IMG/VR virus record: IMGVR_UViG_3300023118_000001
Span: 23,407-87,406 of that record
Direction: 5' to 3' (one strand)
Length of the DNA stretch: 64,000 nucleotides
Source: a virus
In this document: one piece after another, positions 11,501 to 18,046 of the stretch
Layout of the letters: each line of letters opens with the position of its first letter
Position numbering within the stretch: position 1 is the first letter of the stretch
Program-made: the position numbers and the translations under genes
The notes under the pieces: generated by a model
Told to the model about the DNA's origin: nothing
The model's database searches: none
Seen by the model: the letters and a program-made list of their open reading frames with translations, nothing else

Positions 11501-11671
11501 GAGGGCGATGCGCTTCGCGCGCGCGTGTACGAGAAGTGTCTGGAGCTGGGCTGGCTGCCCTGGCTGTCGACTATCCTGCTGAACGATCCGCTGCCCAACC
11601 GCCCATTCAATACCGGCAAGGGCTACATCCGGACCAACAACTGGAGGAAGATCAATGTCCGCAATCTATGA
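8558..11671 (+). CDS. tail-module protein with N-terminal beta-sandwich modules and C-terminal PelA/GH114-GH166-like TIM-barrel glycoside hydrolase
   Basis: motifs YDVVITDP, INYVSFGE, DGVFMDTVD, NRGF, MTESVF, CLNY, GWLPW in the order found in alpha-1,4-polygalactosaminidases. Confidence 0.75.
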   Translation: MSINTNQSSSYIHLATDIAIEGQNFDEVRAEWRDIQNFNLQNTFNYAGSNQTGSWIVDGGDGAAPAETREKRAFCTTGKASITFTGTSVAVRASLNPGWGVAYILIDGQLPSTIPGLAKFKDIVSSNADDFSAWGNEFRDQVVADGLAPGTHTLDILCYTNSPTEFFIFSGIKVYSYANKDIDIKAFSLKTSERVQPTKLKLWTQGVSAENVVLNFDAKLLHPTTQTSLGNVLIGALNANTAYELSFAPNLLGTEPSGIITLPIVMTANVGDPDGTNVGEVALDLTHTSDQITYVSTNWWEDPATPTLASMHATASKQAWLSFNHTGDLLKLLGYVDFGAATVRVLKDAVERNLTSWNVGQTVINIASTVGITVGMMAIGRGIPDNVTVTAVTPTSVTLSAAVTIKVTNGAIAFGTVHGVLDMNENNEALQGTMQMRQLAGFGATYKGRLVLQPTANKTFGVNMIYTRRTYTYTIVTETLNAKFSISQVNHLPISGVKLDGGKIAYIDPNKNVYTPLANPPIDNRNISEVSIEYRFPTFLCCYTAGNKELFKQYDVVITDPMALSRKEVKELQDLGIQVINYVSFGEEDGVLSNIWDNTSEQGPHTGDGTGPGGYAGYYLKGGYDMGEFSECTNDRQRYEGVKACALSNPKYYQGVGRCSKACGNDSRTGYSEYETGGSCAAGFTKDNNWIRDASTACSNNACPQFSPMHSGCTQYVQAEGVWGQDFSILDHNAPDENGIWDSFYVDAVKRGPGSWFNRLQDYYLPLVFNEPVPYDEVLTVAQHPLTDGSLIYGILMTHAPIDDHEPFSVQHVASGKFLIPGQHFSYDQKIGTIILAFNSGVLEPEAPPNPAVGAQYRVKYSKRGLGSDGVFMDTVDTVDIYPREDYLQGAADLINDLKLLWPDRAFCSNRGFTIYDRMIHSCTWIMTESVFSHYHFGEDYYSEVDEAAAVWNEEVAAMIQELRKKHTFDVVCLNYAPNGPEGDALRARVYEKCLELGWLPWLSTILLNDPLPNRPFNTGKGYIRTNNWRKINVRNL

Positions 11672-11945
11672 TTTCAGCAACCCGTTCCTGCGGAACATGC
11701 CGATGGTGGCGATCGTGCGCGCGACCAGCAAGAAGAATGGCGAGGTGACCACCACGCCGGACACCCAGTGCCGACGGATCTTTTTCAGGGTCAGTAATAA
11801 CCGGGTGTTCCCGGCGCCGGCCGGGCAGCAGGAGATCATGCACGAGGGTAAGGCGATGGATGCGTTCTACGGCTTCGATAACCTCCGGGAGTTCAACCCG
11901 GAGGAGATCAACGCCTCACACGACGCCAACCCTAAGCCTCGGTAG
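11655..11945 (+). CDS. hypothetical protein (possible chaperone or partner of upstream gene)
   Basis: GGAGG RBS, overlaps upstream gene end, phage-like codon usage. Confidence 0.6.
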   Translation: MSAIYDFSNPFLRNMPMVAIVRATSKKNGEVTTTPDTQCRRIFFRVSNNRVFPAPAGQQEIMHEGKAMDAFYGFDNLREFNPEEINASHDANPKPR

Positions 11946-12369
11946 GCGCGGGCGGTGCGTGCTCAGCAGTGGCAGTGGCGATGTCAATGAAGCGCGCACC
12001 GTGGACCTGAGTCAGGATGCCGTCGGCGATGATATCGCCGTGCTTGATTTGTACGATTGATTTGCCTTCATTCATCAGTTCGATTGTGACTTCCCCGTCA
12101 AAGGCGCTGTCCAACAAACCGACCCGGGTGCCGTGGTGGTTCATGCTGGACAGATCCTGCGCGCGGCGAGGATAAATCTCGATGATCCAGCTGTTCGGGA
12201 CCAGGACTTTAAGTCCGGTGCGGAACAGTGCTTTGCCGCCTGGGCCAATGAATTCGCCTTCGGGGTTTTCTACCAGGGCAGAGAATTGAAAGAACGCTGC
12301 ACCGCCCGTGTTGTTGATCGGGAGAGTTGCATCGGGGTGGAGTTTCTCGGTTTGCATTGCCACAATCAT
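11932..12369 (-). CDS. dUTPase-fold protein with degenerate catalytic motifs
   Basis: KLHPDATLP, RTGLKV, GLLDSAFDGEV, IKHGDIIA recognisable; AAGGA RBS; motif V missing. Confidence 0.75.
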   Translation of the reverse strand: MIVAMQTEKLHPDATLPINNTGGAAFFQFSALVENPEGEFIGPGGKALFRTGLKVLVPNSWIIEIYPRRAQDLSSMNHHGTRVGLLDSAFDGEVTIELMNEGKSIVQIKHGDIIADGILTQVHGARFIDIATATAEHAPPAPTEA

Positions 12370-12513
12370 GCGGGGTAGTCCTTGCAGATGGAAAACGCAA
12401 TGATGGCGTGGACTGCAGCGTGACACAAGACCGACCGGCCTGTGCCGCCTTATGTTGTTATAGGGGTGGCAAACAGCTATCCTGCGTCACACGTTATAGG
12501 GAAATAGCCGCTG

Positions 12514-12909
12514 ATGATTACTGATCCAGCTTCGAATACAGGGTGGCTGACGGTCTGCTTCGTCTACGCATGGTCAGTAATGGAGCAGCTGCACCCTGGA
12601 TCGGCCATGGGAGCTTCCTTCGGCTGCGTATTTTTCGTCCTCCTGCCAGACCCCGTAGTTACCTCCTTCGTTTCAAAACTTCTTCGCAAAATCGGACTCA
12701 CAGTTGTGTCCTGGGGGTTCGGCTACGCTGTGGGGATTGCATTCTCGAACAGCAGCTCGATGCTGGCAGCGATTATTGGAGCTGCGGTCGCCTCTGGTGT
12801 TCTAGGCGCCATCAACCTGATGGTCAAGAACGACGGCGATTTGCCGCAGTGGATGTCTTCACTGATTAACGCAATCCTACGGTTAAAGCGAGGCGGCGAT
12901 GAACAATGA
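12514..12909 (+). CDS. putative holin
   Basis: several hydrophobic segments; first gene of lysis cassette. Confidence 0.7.
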   Translation: MITDPASNTGWLTVCFVYAWSVMEQLHPGSAMGASFGCVFFVLLPDPVVTSFVSKLLRKIGLTVVSWGFGYAVGIAFSNSSSMLAAIIGAAVASGVLGAINLMVKNDGDLPQWMSSLINAILRLKRGGDEQ

Positions 12910-13216
12910 TCCCACCTACGGGGAAGTGCTACTGAGCATTCGTATTGTGTTTCACATGATCACGTTCTTTTCGGTCATCTGTTACAGCAGCGAATCACGC
13001 ACACGATGGTTCTCCAGTATGTTGGCGTTCTGCCTGGCGGGTTCCTCGCTGGCACTGGCCACACAGTCCTACACCAAGTTCTCCACCATGGCGCCCAACT
13101 CAGAAGTCTGGCTGGTGATCTTCGTCGGAGTGGTCACGATCCTTGTTGTCGCTAACGGCGGCAACGTCGCAAAAGTCCTACACAACACTCGAAAGAGGCT
13201 ACCCTATGGACGCTAA
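12899..13216 (+). CDS. putative holin/antiholin (about 3 TM)
   Basis: three hydrophobic helices, GGNVAK motif and basic C-terminus; precedes endolysin. Confidence 0.75.
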   Translation: MNNDPTYGEVLLSIRIVFHMITFFSVICYSSESRTRWFSSMLAFCLAGSSLALATQSYTKFSTMAPNSEVWLVIFVGVVTILVVANGGNVAKVLHNTRKRLPYGR

Positions 13217-13748
13217 GACGCTGGCTGCAGCCGTGGGCATTTCCCTGTCCCGGGCCCAACGGTGGGAAGGACCCATCAACGAAGCGCTGAAGTTCGCTGA
13301 CATCACCCTAACCAGATCTATAGCTTCGTTTCTGGCGCAGACCGGGCACGAGAGCAATAGCTTTGAATGGCTCAAAGAGTTCGGCAACGACAAGTACCTC
13401 AGCCGGTATGACACCGGCGCGCTGGCCAAGCGCCTGGGCAACACGCCCGAAGCGGACGGCGACGGGCAGCTGTACGCCGGCCGTGGCCTGATCCAGATCA
13501 CCGGCAAGTACAACTACCAGCAGCTGAGCCAGGCACTGTTCGGAGACGACCGCCTGCTCAAGCACCCCGAGATCCTCGAGGAGTTGAAGTACGCTGCGCT
13601 GTCGGCGGCCTGGTACTGGAAGAAGAACAAGCTGAACAGCCTGTCCAACGACATCCTGGCGCAGACCAAGGCAATCAACGGTGGGCTGACCGGCATTGAG
13701 GATCGCAAGATCCGCATGAGCCGCGCGCTCAAGGCGCTGGGTGCGTGA
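13206..13748 (+). CDS. endolysin, glycoside hydrolase family 19
   Basis: FLAQTGHES, LGNTPEADGDGQLYAGRGLIQITGKYNY, SAAWYW, TKAINGG. Confidence 0.95.
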   Translation: MDAKTLAAAVGISLSRAQRWEGPINEALKFADITLTRSIASFLAQTGHESNSFEWLKEFGNDKYLSRYDTGALAKRLGNTPEADGDGQLYAGRGLIQITGKYNYQQLSQALFGDDRLLKHPEILEELKYAALSAAWYWKKNKLNSLSNDILAQTKAINGGLTGIEDRKIRMSRALKALGA

Positions 13749-14281
13749 TGTTCGACCTGAAGATCCTGATCATTGCCGTCGGCGCCGCCCTTTTGGGCGG
13801 CGCTGGCGTTGGAGGGTGGGTGGCTTGGGAGATGCGCGACACCCAGGCCAATCTGCAGCTGCTCGATCTGCGCAAGACCTACGACGACGCCACAGCGGCG
13901 GCGCAGCGGGAATCGCACCAGGTGGAGATGAAGCTGCAGGATCAAATCAACGAGCTGGGGAAGAAGACCGGTGAAGAGCAGAACCAGATTGATCACAACG
14001 TCGCTGCTGCTGGTGACAGCACTGGCGGGCTGCTGCAGGCAGCAGCCAAGCGTTTCAGTGCCACCGCCTGTGATCCCGGAGTTGCCCGCCGTGGCCAGGC
14101 AGCAACCTCGGCCGCCTATCTGTATTCCCAGTTGCTTGGAGAATCTCAGCTCCTGGCAAAAGGCCTGGCAGAAGAAGCTGACAGAGCCCGAAGTGCAGGT
14201 GCCTCTTGCGAAGTAGCCTATGATTTGGTGCGTAAGGGATTGAAGGATCTTGCGAAGGGGCCGGCCGTAACCGGTGGGTGA
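13745..14281 (+). CDS. i-spanin (Rz-like)
   Basis: N-terminal TM, coiled coil, AEEADRARSAGASCE C-terminus. Confidence 0.85.
   Translation: MMFDLKILIIAVGAALLGGAGVGGWVAWEMRDTQANLQLLDLRKTYDDATAAAQRESHQVEMKLQDQINELGKKTGEEQNQIDHNVAAAGDSTGGLLQAAAKRFSATACDPGVARRGQAATSAAYLYSQLLGESQLLAKGLAEEADRARSAGASCEVAYDLVRKGLKDLAKGPAVTGG
13971..14216 (+). CDS. o-spanin (Rz1-like lipoprotein) nested in Rz
   Basis: basic N-terminus, lipobox LAGC, Pro-rich mature part, alternate frame inside Rz. Confidence 0.85.
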   Translation: MKSRTRLITTSLLLVTALAGCCRQQPSVSVPPPVIPELPAVARQQPRPPICIPSCLENLSSWQKAWQKKLTEPEVQVPLAK

Positions 14282-14341
14282 AGGTAGATTACAGTGGTAT
14301 ATTGCGCTCATATCAAGTAGCAGGACTCACAGGGAGTGTGT

Positions 14342-14662
14342 ATGCAAATCAATCGCGGCGACTCGTTCATGCTCCCGCTGCAGGTTTTCGTCGACAATGC
14401 AGCGCAAGACTGCACCAACTGGCAGGTCTTCGCCTCCTACGGCACGGACGTCAAACGCCTGGGTGACTTCGAGATCGTCTGGCAGGATCGCACGGTCGGC
14501 TCGTTCTTCCTCAGCGCTGAGACTGATACCTGGCCCCTCGGCAACATGAGCTTTGACATCACCTACGTCACCGACGTCGGCCAGGAGATCACCACGCAGC
14601 GTGTGAAGTTCGAAGTGCTGCGCCGCCTGACTCCGGTGCCACTGCCGAGCAACGCGCCATGA
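14342..14662 (+). CDS. putative virion adaptor (BppU-like Ig fold)
   Basis: INRGDSF...TWPLG..FDI pattern; GGGAG RBS. Confidence 0.5.
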   Translation: MQINRGDSFMLPLQVFVDNAAQDCTNWQVFASYGTDVKRLGDFEIVWQDRTVGSFFLSAETDTWPLGNMSFDITYVTDVGQEITTQRVKFEVLRRLTPVPLPSNAP

Positions 14663-14955
14663 TCGTCGCGACCCACACGCCGATCGGCGTCATCACCACC
14701 GAGATCACCGTCACCGATTCTCAAATCCTGATCGTGACCACCGAAGGTGTGTCCACGGCGAGCATGCCCGCGTTCAAGGTAGAGACCCGAGAAGCGGCGC
14801 TGCGTGGGCCACGCGGTCCCAGCGCCGTGGAGGCGCAGATCAGCGCTGACCCTGACAACCGTCTGAAGCCAGGTAGTGACGGCGGGCTGTACGTCGCCGA
14901 CAACCTAGACCCCAACCCGCTTGACCACTACCTATTAGAACGAGGGATCATCTAA
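14659..14955 (+). CDS. hypothetical structural protein
   Basis: GPRGPS and ISADPDNRL..GSDGGLYV motifs seen in fibre proteins; coupled to neighbours. Confidence 0.5.
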   Translation: MIVATHTPIGVITTEITVTDSQILIVTTEGVSTASMPAFKVETREAALRGPRGPSAVEAQISADPDNRLKPGSDGGLYVADNLDPNPLDHYLLERGII

Positions 14956-15449
14956 TGTCTTTGGAAACCAAACTGGTAGCGTTTGCTGCCGCCAACGGCG
15001 CTGACATCAAGCTGCTGAACTCCCGCATCGGTGCGCTGGCCAACCTGCCAACCACCGCCAAAGACAACGTGGTCAACGCGATCGTCGAGTTGTACGGCCT
15101 GCTGGGTTCAGCGGGTGCGGTGATCGACGATGGCGCGGGCGACGGTGCGACCTCGGTCACCTGGTCGGCGAACAAGATCTACGACATGATCGAAGCGGCC
15201 AAGGCCGCCGTGAAGTCGGACATCCTCGGCGGTGCCAGCGCAGCCTTCGACACGCTGAAGGAACTGCAGGACCTGATCACCGGCGACGAGAGCATCGTCT
15301 CCGCGCTGATCACCAAGGTCGGCGAGAAGGTCAGCTTCGCTGAAGCCCAGGCGCTGACCACAGCGCAGAAGCTGCAGGCCTGCACCAACATCGGCATTGG
15401 CAACCCGGAAGTGGACCTGGTGGCTGCGTACAACGCTGCCAAGGCCTAA
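14955..15449 (+). CDS. putative head/tail fibre protein
   Basis: LPTTAKDNVVNAIVE, TWSANKI, GASAAFDTLKEL, QALT..QK.QA..NIG fibre-type motifs. Confidence 0.6.
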   Translation: MSLETKLVAFAAANGADIKLLNSRIGALANLPTTAKDNVVNAIVELYGLLGSAGAVIDDGAGDGATSVTWSANKIYDMIEAAKAAVKSDILGGASAAFDTLKELQDLITGDESIVSALITKVGEKVSFAEAQALTTAQKLQACTNIGIGNPEVDLVAAYNAAKA

Positions 15450-15452
15450 GTC

Positions 15453-15962
15453 GTGAGCCTGGCCAGCAGAGTCCTGGAGTACGTCCAGGCCGCGGGCGCT
15501 GACGTCAAATCCCTGATCAGCGGGCTGGCTGACAAAGTCGACAAAGTCGCAGGGAAGGGGCTCAGCGCCAACGACTACACCACGACCGAGAAGGACAAGC
15601 TCGCGGCCTTGATGCCGGCCGGCCGTGAGAAACTGGTGGTCATCGCGGCTGCCACAGGCACGGTGACGCTGAACCTGGCGCTGTCGAACAACTTCGAACT
15701 GACGCTGACCGGCAACACCACCATCGCGCTGTCCAACATCCCGACCATTCCAGCCGGCGAGGTGTACTGGTTCACGGTGCGGGTGATCTCGGGCGGGACC
15801 AAGTACACGCTGGCCTGGGCAACCACGCCGCTGGTGCTGACCTGGCTGAACACCACGGCCGGCGCACCAGGTGACAGTGCTTTGGCAGGCAAGGTAGTGG
15901 AGTTCCTGATGTCGACCAGCAACGGCACCACTGGCTACGCGCGTAAGGCGTCGGGCAATTGA
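15453..15962 (+). CDS. putative fibre protein
   Basis: KVDKVAGKGLSANDYT..EKDKL motif followed by beta-rich domain. Confidence 0.6.
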   Translation: MSLASRVLEYVQAAGADVKSLISGLADKVDKVAGKGLSANDYTTTEKDKLAALMPAGREKLVVIAAATGTVTLNLALSNNFELTLTGNTTIALSNIPTIPAGEVYWFTVRVISGGTKYTLAWATTPLVLTWLNTTAGAPGDSALAGKVVEFLMSTSNGTTGYARKASGN

Positions 15963-16600
15963 GTTTCGCCATGGCGCTGTTCGGGTGCGTGCCACCGTCA
16001 GGCGGACCCGCTGTGGGCGATTCCTTCGGCGGTGGCATCTTCATTGGCAAGCTCACGATCAACGGGCTGATCTACAACATCATCGCGGCGCCGAAGGCTA
16101 CAGGGCAGCCGTCCGTGGTGGGCCTCTACAAGAACACTCCGGAAGTCTTCACCGGTGCAACGTCGACCAACGACGGGCTGCTGATCCGCGACAACATGAT
16201 TGCGGCCGGCATCGAGAAGTTCCCGATGCAGCAGTGGTGCAACGCGCTGACCATCGGAGGGAAGACCGACTGGGTGCTGCCTCCAAAGGACTGGATGGAA
16301 CTGGCCTACCGCGTGGCCAAGCCAACCACAGCCACCAACGTGACCACGTCAGGGCGTAACACAAGCAGCATCCCTCCTACGACGGTCAACTACACAACGA
16401 CCAACCCTGCACAGACACCTGTGACTGCGCTGAGGTCGGGCGGGGCTCAATCTTTCAGCAGTGATTATTATGCGTGCGCAACCGCTGGCACCACTGCAGG
16501 CACATACCTGCTGAAGCGGATGACAACTGGCGCTGATTATTCCGAAGCTTACGAATACGATCACATCTACCGGGCGTTCCGGTGTGAACTCGCAGCGTAG
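15959..16600 (+). CDS. putative lectin-like (DUF1566/Lcl-type) fibre tip protein
   Basis: VGDSFGGGIF, C..L..GG.TDWVLP...ME, C-terminal YRAFR. Confidence 0.55.
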   Translation: MSFAMALFGCVPPSGGPAVGDSFGGGIFIGKLTINGLIYNIIAAPKATGQPSVVGLYKNTPEVFTGATSTNDGLLIRDNMIAAGIEKFPMQQWCNALTIGGKTDWVLPPKDWMELAYRVAKPTTATNVTTSGRNTSSIPPTTVNYTTTNPAQTPVTALRSGGAQSFSSDYYACATAGTTAGTYLLKRMTTGADYSEAYEYDHIYRAFRCELAA

Positions 16601-16608
16601 TAGGGGAA

Positions 16609-16630
16609 GAGGGCAGCGATCGCTGCCCTC
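16609..16630. terminator. perfect 22-bp palindrome between convergent late (+) and early/middle (-) genes
   Basis: GAGGGCAGCGATCGCTGCCCTC; no U-tract. Confidence 0.5.
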
Positions 16631-16637
16631 GGTGTTG

Positions 16638-17363
16638 CTAGGCGTGGGTCCAGTAGAACTGACCTTTCAGCCTCATGCCTTCCGGCGTGACGTACTCCAT
16701 GATGCCGTCGCGATCGCGCAAGTGTTGGGTACGCTGCGCCTTGACCACGATGTCTTCGTCGCAAACGGCGTCACCGGTGAAGCGGGTGCCGGCCGGGATC
16801 TTGATCAGCAGTGGGCTCTCCACCGGAGGCAGCGGGCTGCTTGGCGGGTTCCAGTGAGTCTCCTCGCCGGCGCCGTTCATCACTACCCTCACACCGACTG
16901 ACGTGGGCTCAGCAAGCTCCTCGATGAAGGCCAACTCAAGCACGCCGTCCTCAAGAATTCTGAACCGGCCTGTCGAGCAGCTCAGCGTCTTCGCAGCGTA
17001 CCCGACGGCGCCATAGCTGTTGCGGGGTATACGAGCATAGCCAAAAGGCCTGCCAGGCTCCATGTCCTTGTTGGGGATGCCGGTGAAAACGATGTCGGGA
17101 TAGACCACCCGCGCTGCGTAGTCCACGCCCTGCGAGATCAGGCGTTCAGAGCCTTCTTCGATCATCCGCAGTGCAACAACCTGAACCGCCTCGCACACCA
17201 AAGGCTCCTTGCCGAACTTCTTCAGCTGCTCCAGCACATGGGTAACGCTGCGCTGCGAGGAGAGGTGCAACAACTCCTCCCGTAGCTGTTCCAGGTTCAA
17301 CACCAGATAAGAGAGCGCTGTCAGGCGCTCCCGTTCCTGCTCCAGCGCATTGAAATCCATCAT
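16638..17363 (-). CDS. hypothetical protein
   Basis: 241-aa ORF, GGAGG RBS, coupled to upstream gene. Confidence 0.65.
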   Translation of the reverse strand: MMDFNALEQERERLTALSYLVLNLEQLREELLHLSSQRSVTHVLEQLKKFGKEPLVCEAVQVVALRMIEEGSERLISQGVDYAARVVYPDIVFTGIPNKDMEPGRPFGYARIPRNSYGAVGYAAKTLSCSTGRFRILEDGVLELAFIEELAEPTSVGVRVVMNGAGEETHWNPPSSPLPPVESPLLIKIPAGTRFTGDAVCDEDIVVKAQRTQHLRDRDGIMEYVTPEGMRLKGQFYWTHA

Positions 17364-17578
17364 GCGTCATCCTCCAGCATTGCCAACACTTCAAACTCGA
17401 CCTCGACGCCCTCGGCATGCTCCACCTTAAGCTCGCCGATGCCGCCAGGCATGGTGAAAACGTAACCGCCATCCGTGATCTTGCCCTTCACCTCGCGGCT
17501 GTGACCGCCAGGGGTGGTGAAGATGACAGTGGCACCGTCATTCCCTTTCCCGAGCTTTTCCAAGCTGATTTTCCACAT
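17360..17578 (-). CDS. hypothetical protein
   Basis: short ORF with GAGGA RBS in the operon; similar to N-terminal part of the 17581-18045 product (xFTTxxG...KG.I.......PG.G.L..EH). Confidence 0.55.
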   Translation of the reverse strand: MWKISLEKLGKGNDGATVIFTTPGGHSREVKGKITDGGYVFTMPGGIGELKVEHAEGVEVEFEVLAMLEDDA

Positions 17579-17580
17579 GT

Positions 17581-18045
17581 TCAGTCCTCGCATTTTACGT
17601 GGTAGATGGTTTCGTTGCGGTCGCGGTAGGCCTTGGCCTGTGCGGACAGCTCGGCCTGGATTTCGCTGCGCGTCTTGACCGAGCCGTCAGCGTTGGTGTT
17701 GAACGGGTTCAGCGTTTGCATGAACTCCTTCGTCCGGGTGCACTTATTGCCGCACTTTCCACACGGCGCCGTGGTCTTGTGGGTCAGCTTGACCACTTCA
17801 AAGGTGTGTCGAGTGGTACGCATAAGTCTCTCCGCATGACAGATTGAAACTGAGGACATCTGGCTGTGCTCGATGTACAGCTGCCCGTCACCAGGCACAT
17901 CGACCGCTACAGGCTCATCGGCGTAGCGCCGGATCATCCCCTTCCAGACCACCTCACCACCGTCATCGGTGGTGAACGTGATCTCGGTCGGGGCGATCAG
18001 TTGGCCACACTGAAAGTGGGCCTGGGAGATCACGAGCTTGTGCAT
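17581..18045 (-). CDS. hypothetical protein with CxxC
   Basis: ORF directly after sbcC; CGKC motif. Confidence 0.6.
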   Translation of the reverse strand: MHKLVISQAHFQCGQLIAPTEITFTTDDGGEVVWKGMIRRYADEPVAVDVPGDGQLYIEHSQMSSVSICHAERLMRTTRHTFEVVKLTHKTTAPCGKCGNKCTRTKEFMQTLNPFNTNADGSVKTRSEIQAELSAQAKAYRDRNETIYHVKCED

Positions 18046-18046
18046 A

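Noticed and set aside
15959-16600. Diversity-generating retroelement targeting the lectin-like gene
   Set aside because: No reverse transcriptase or template repeat in the window
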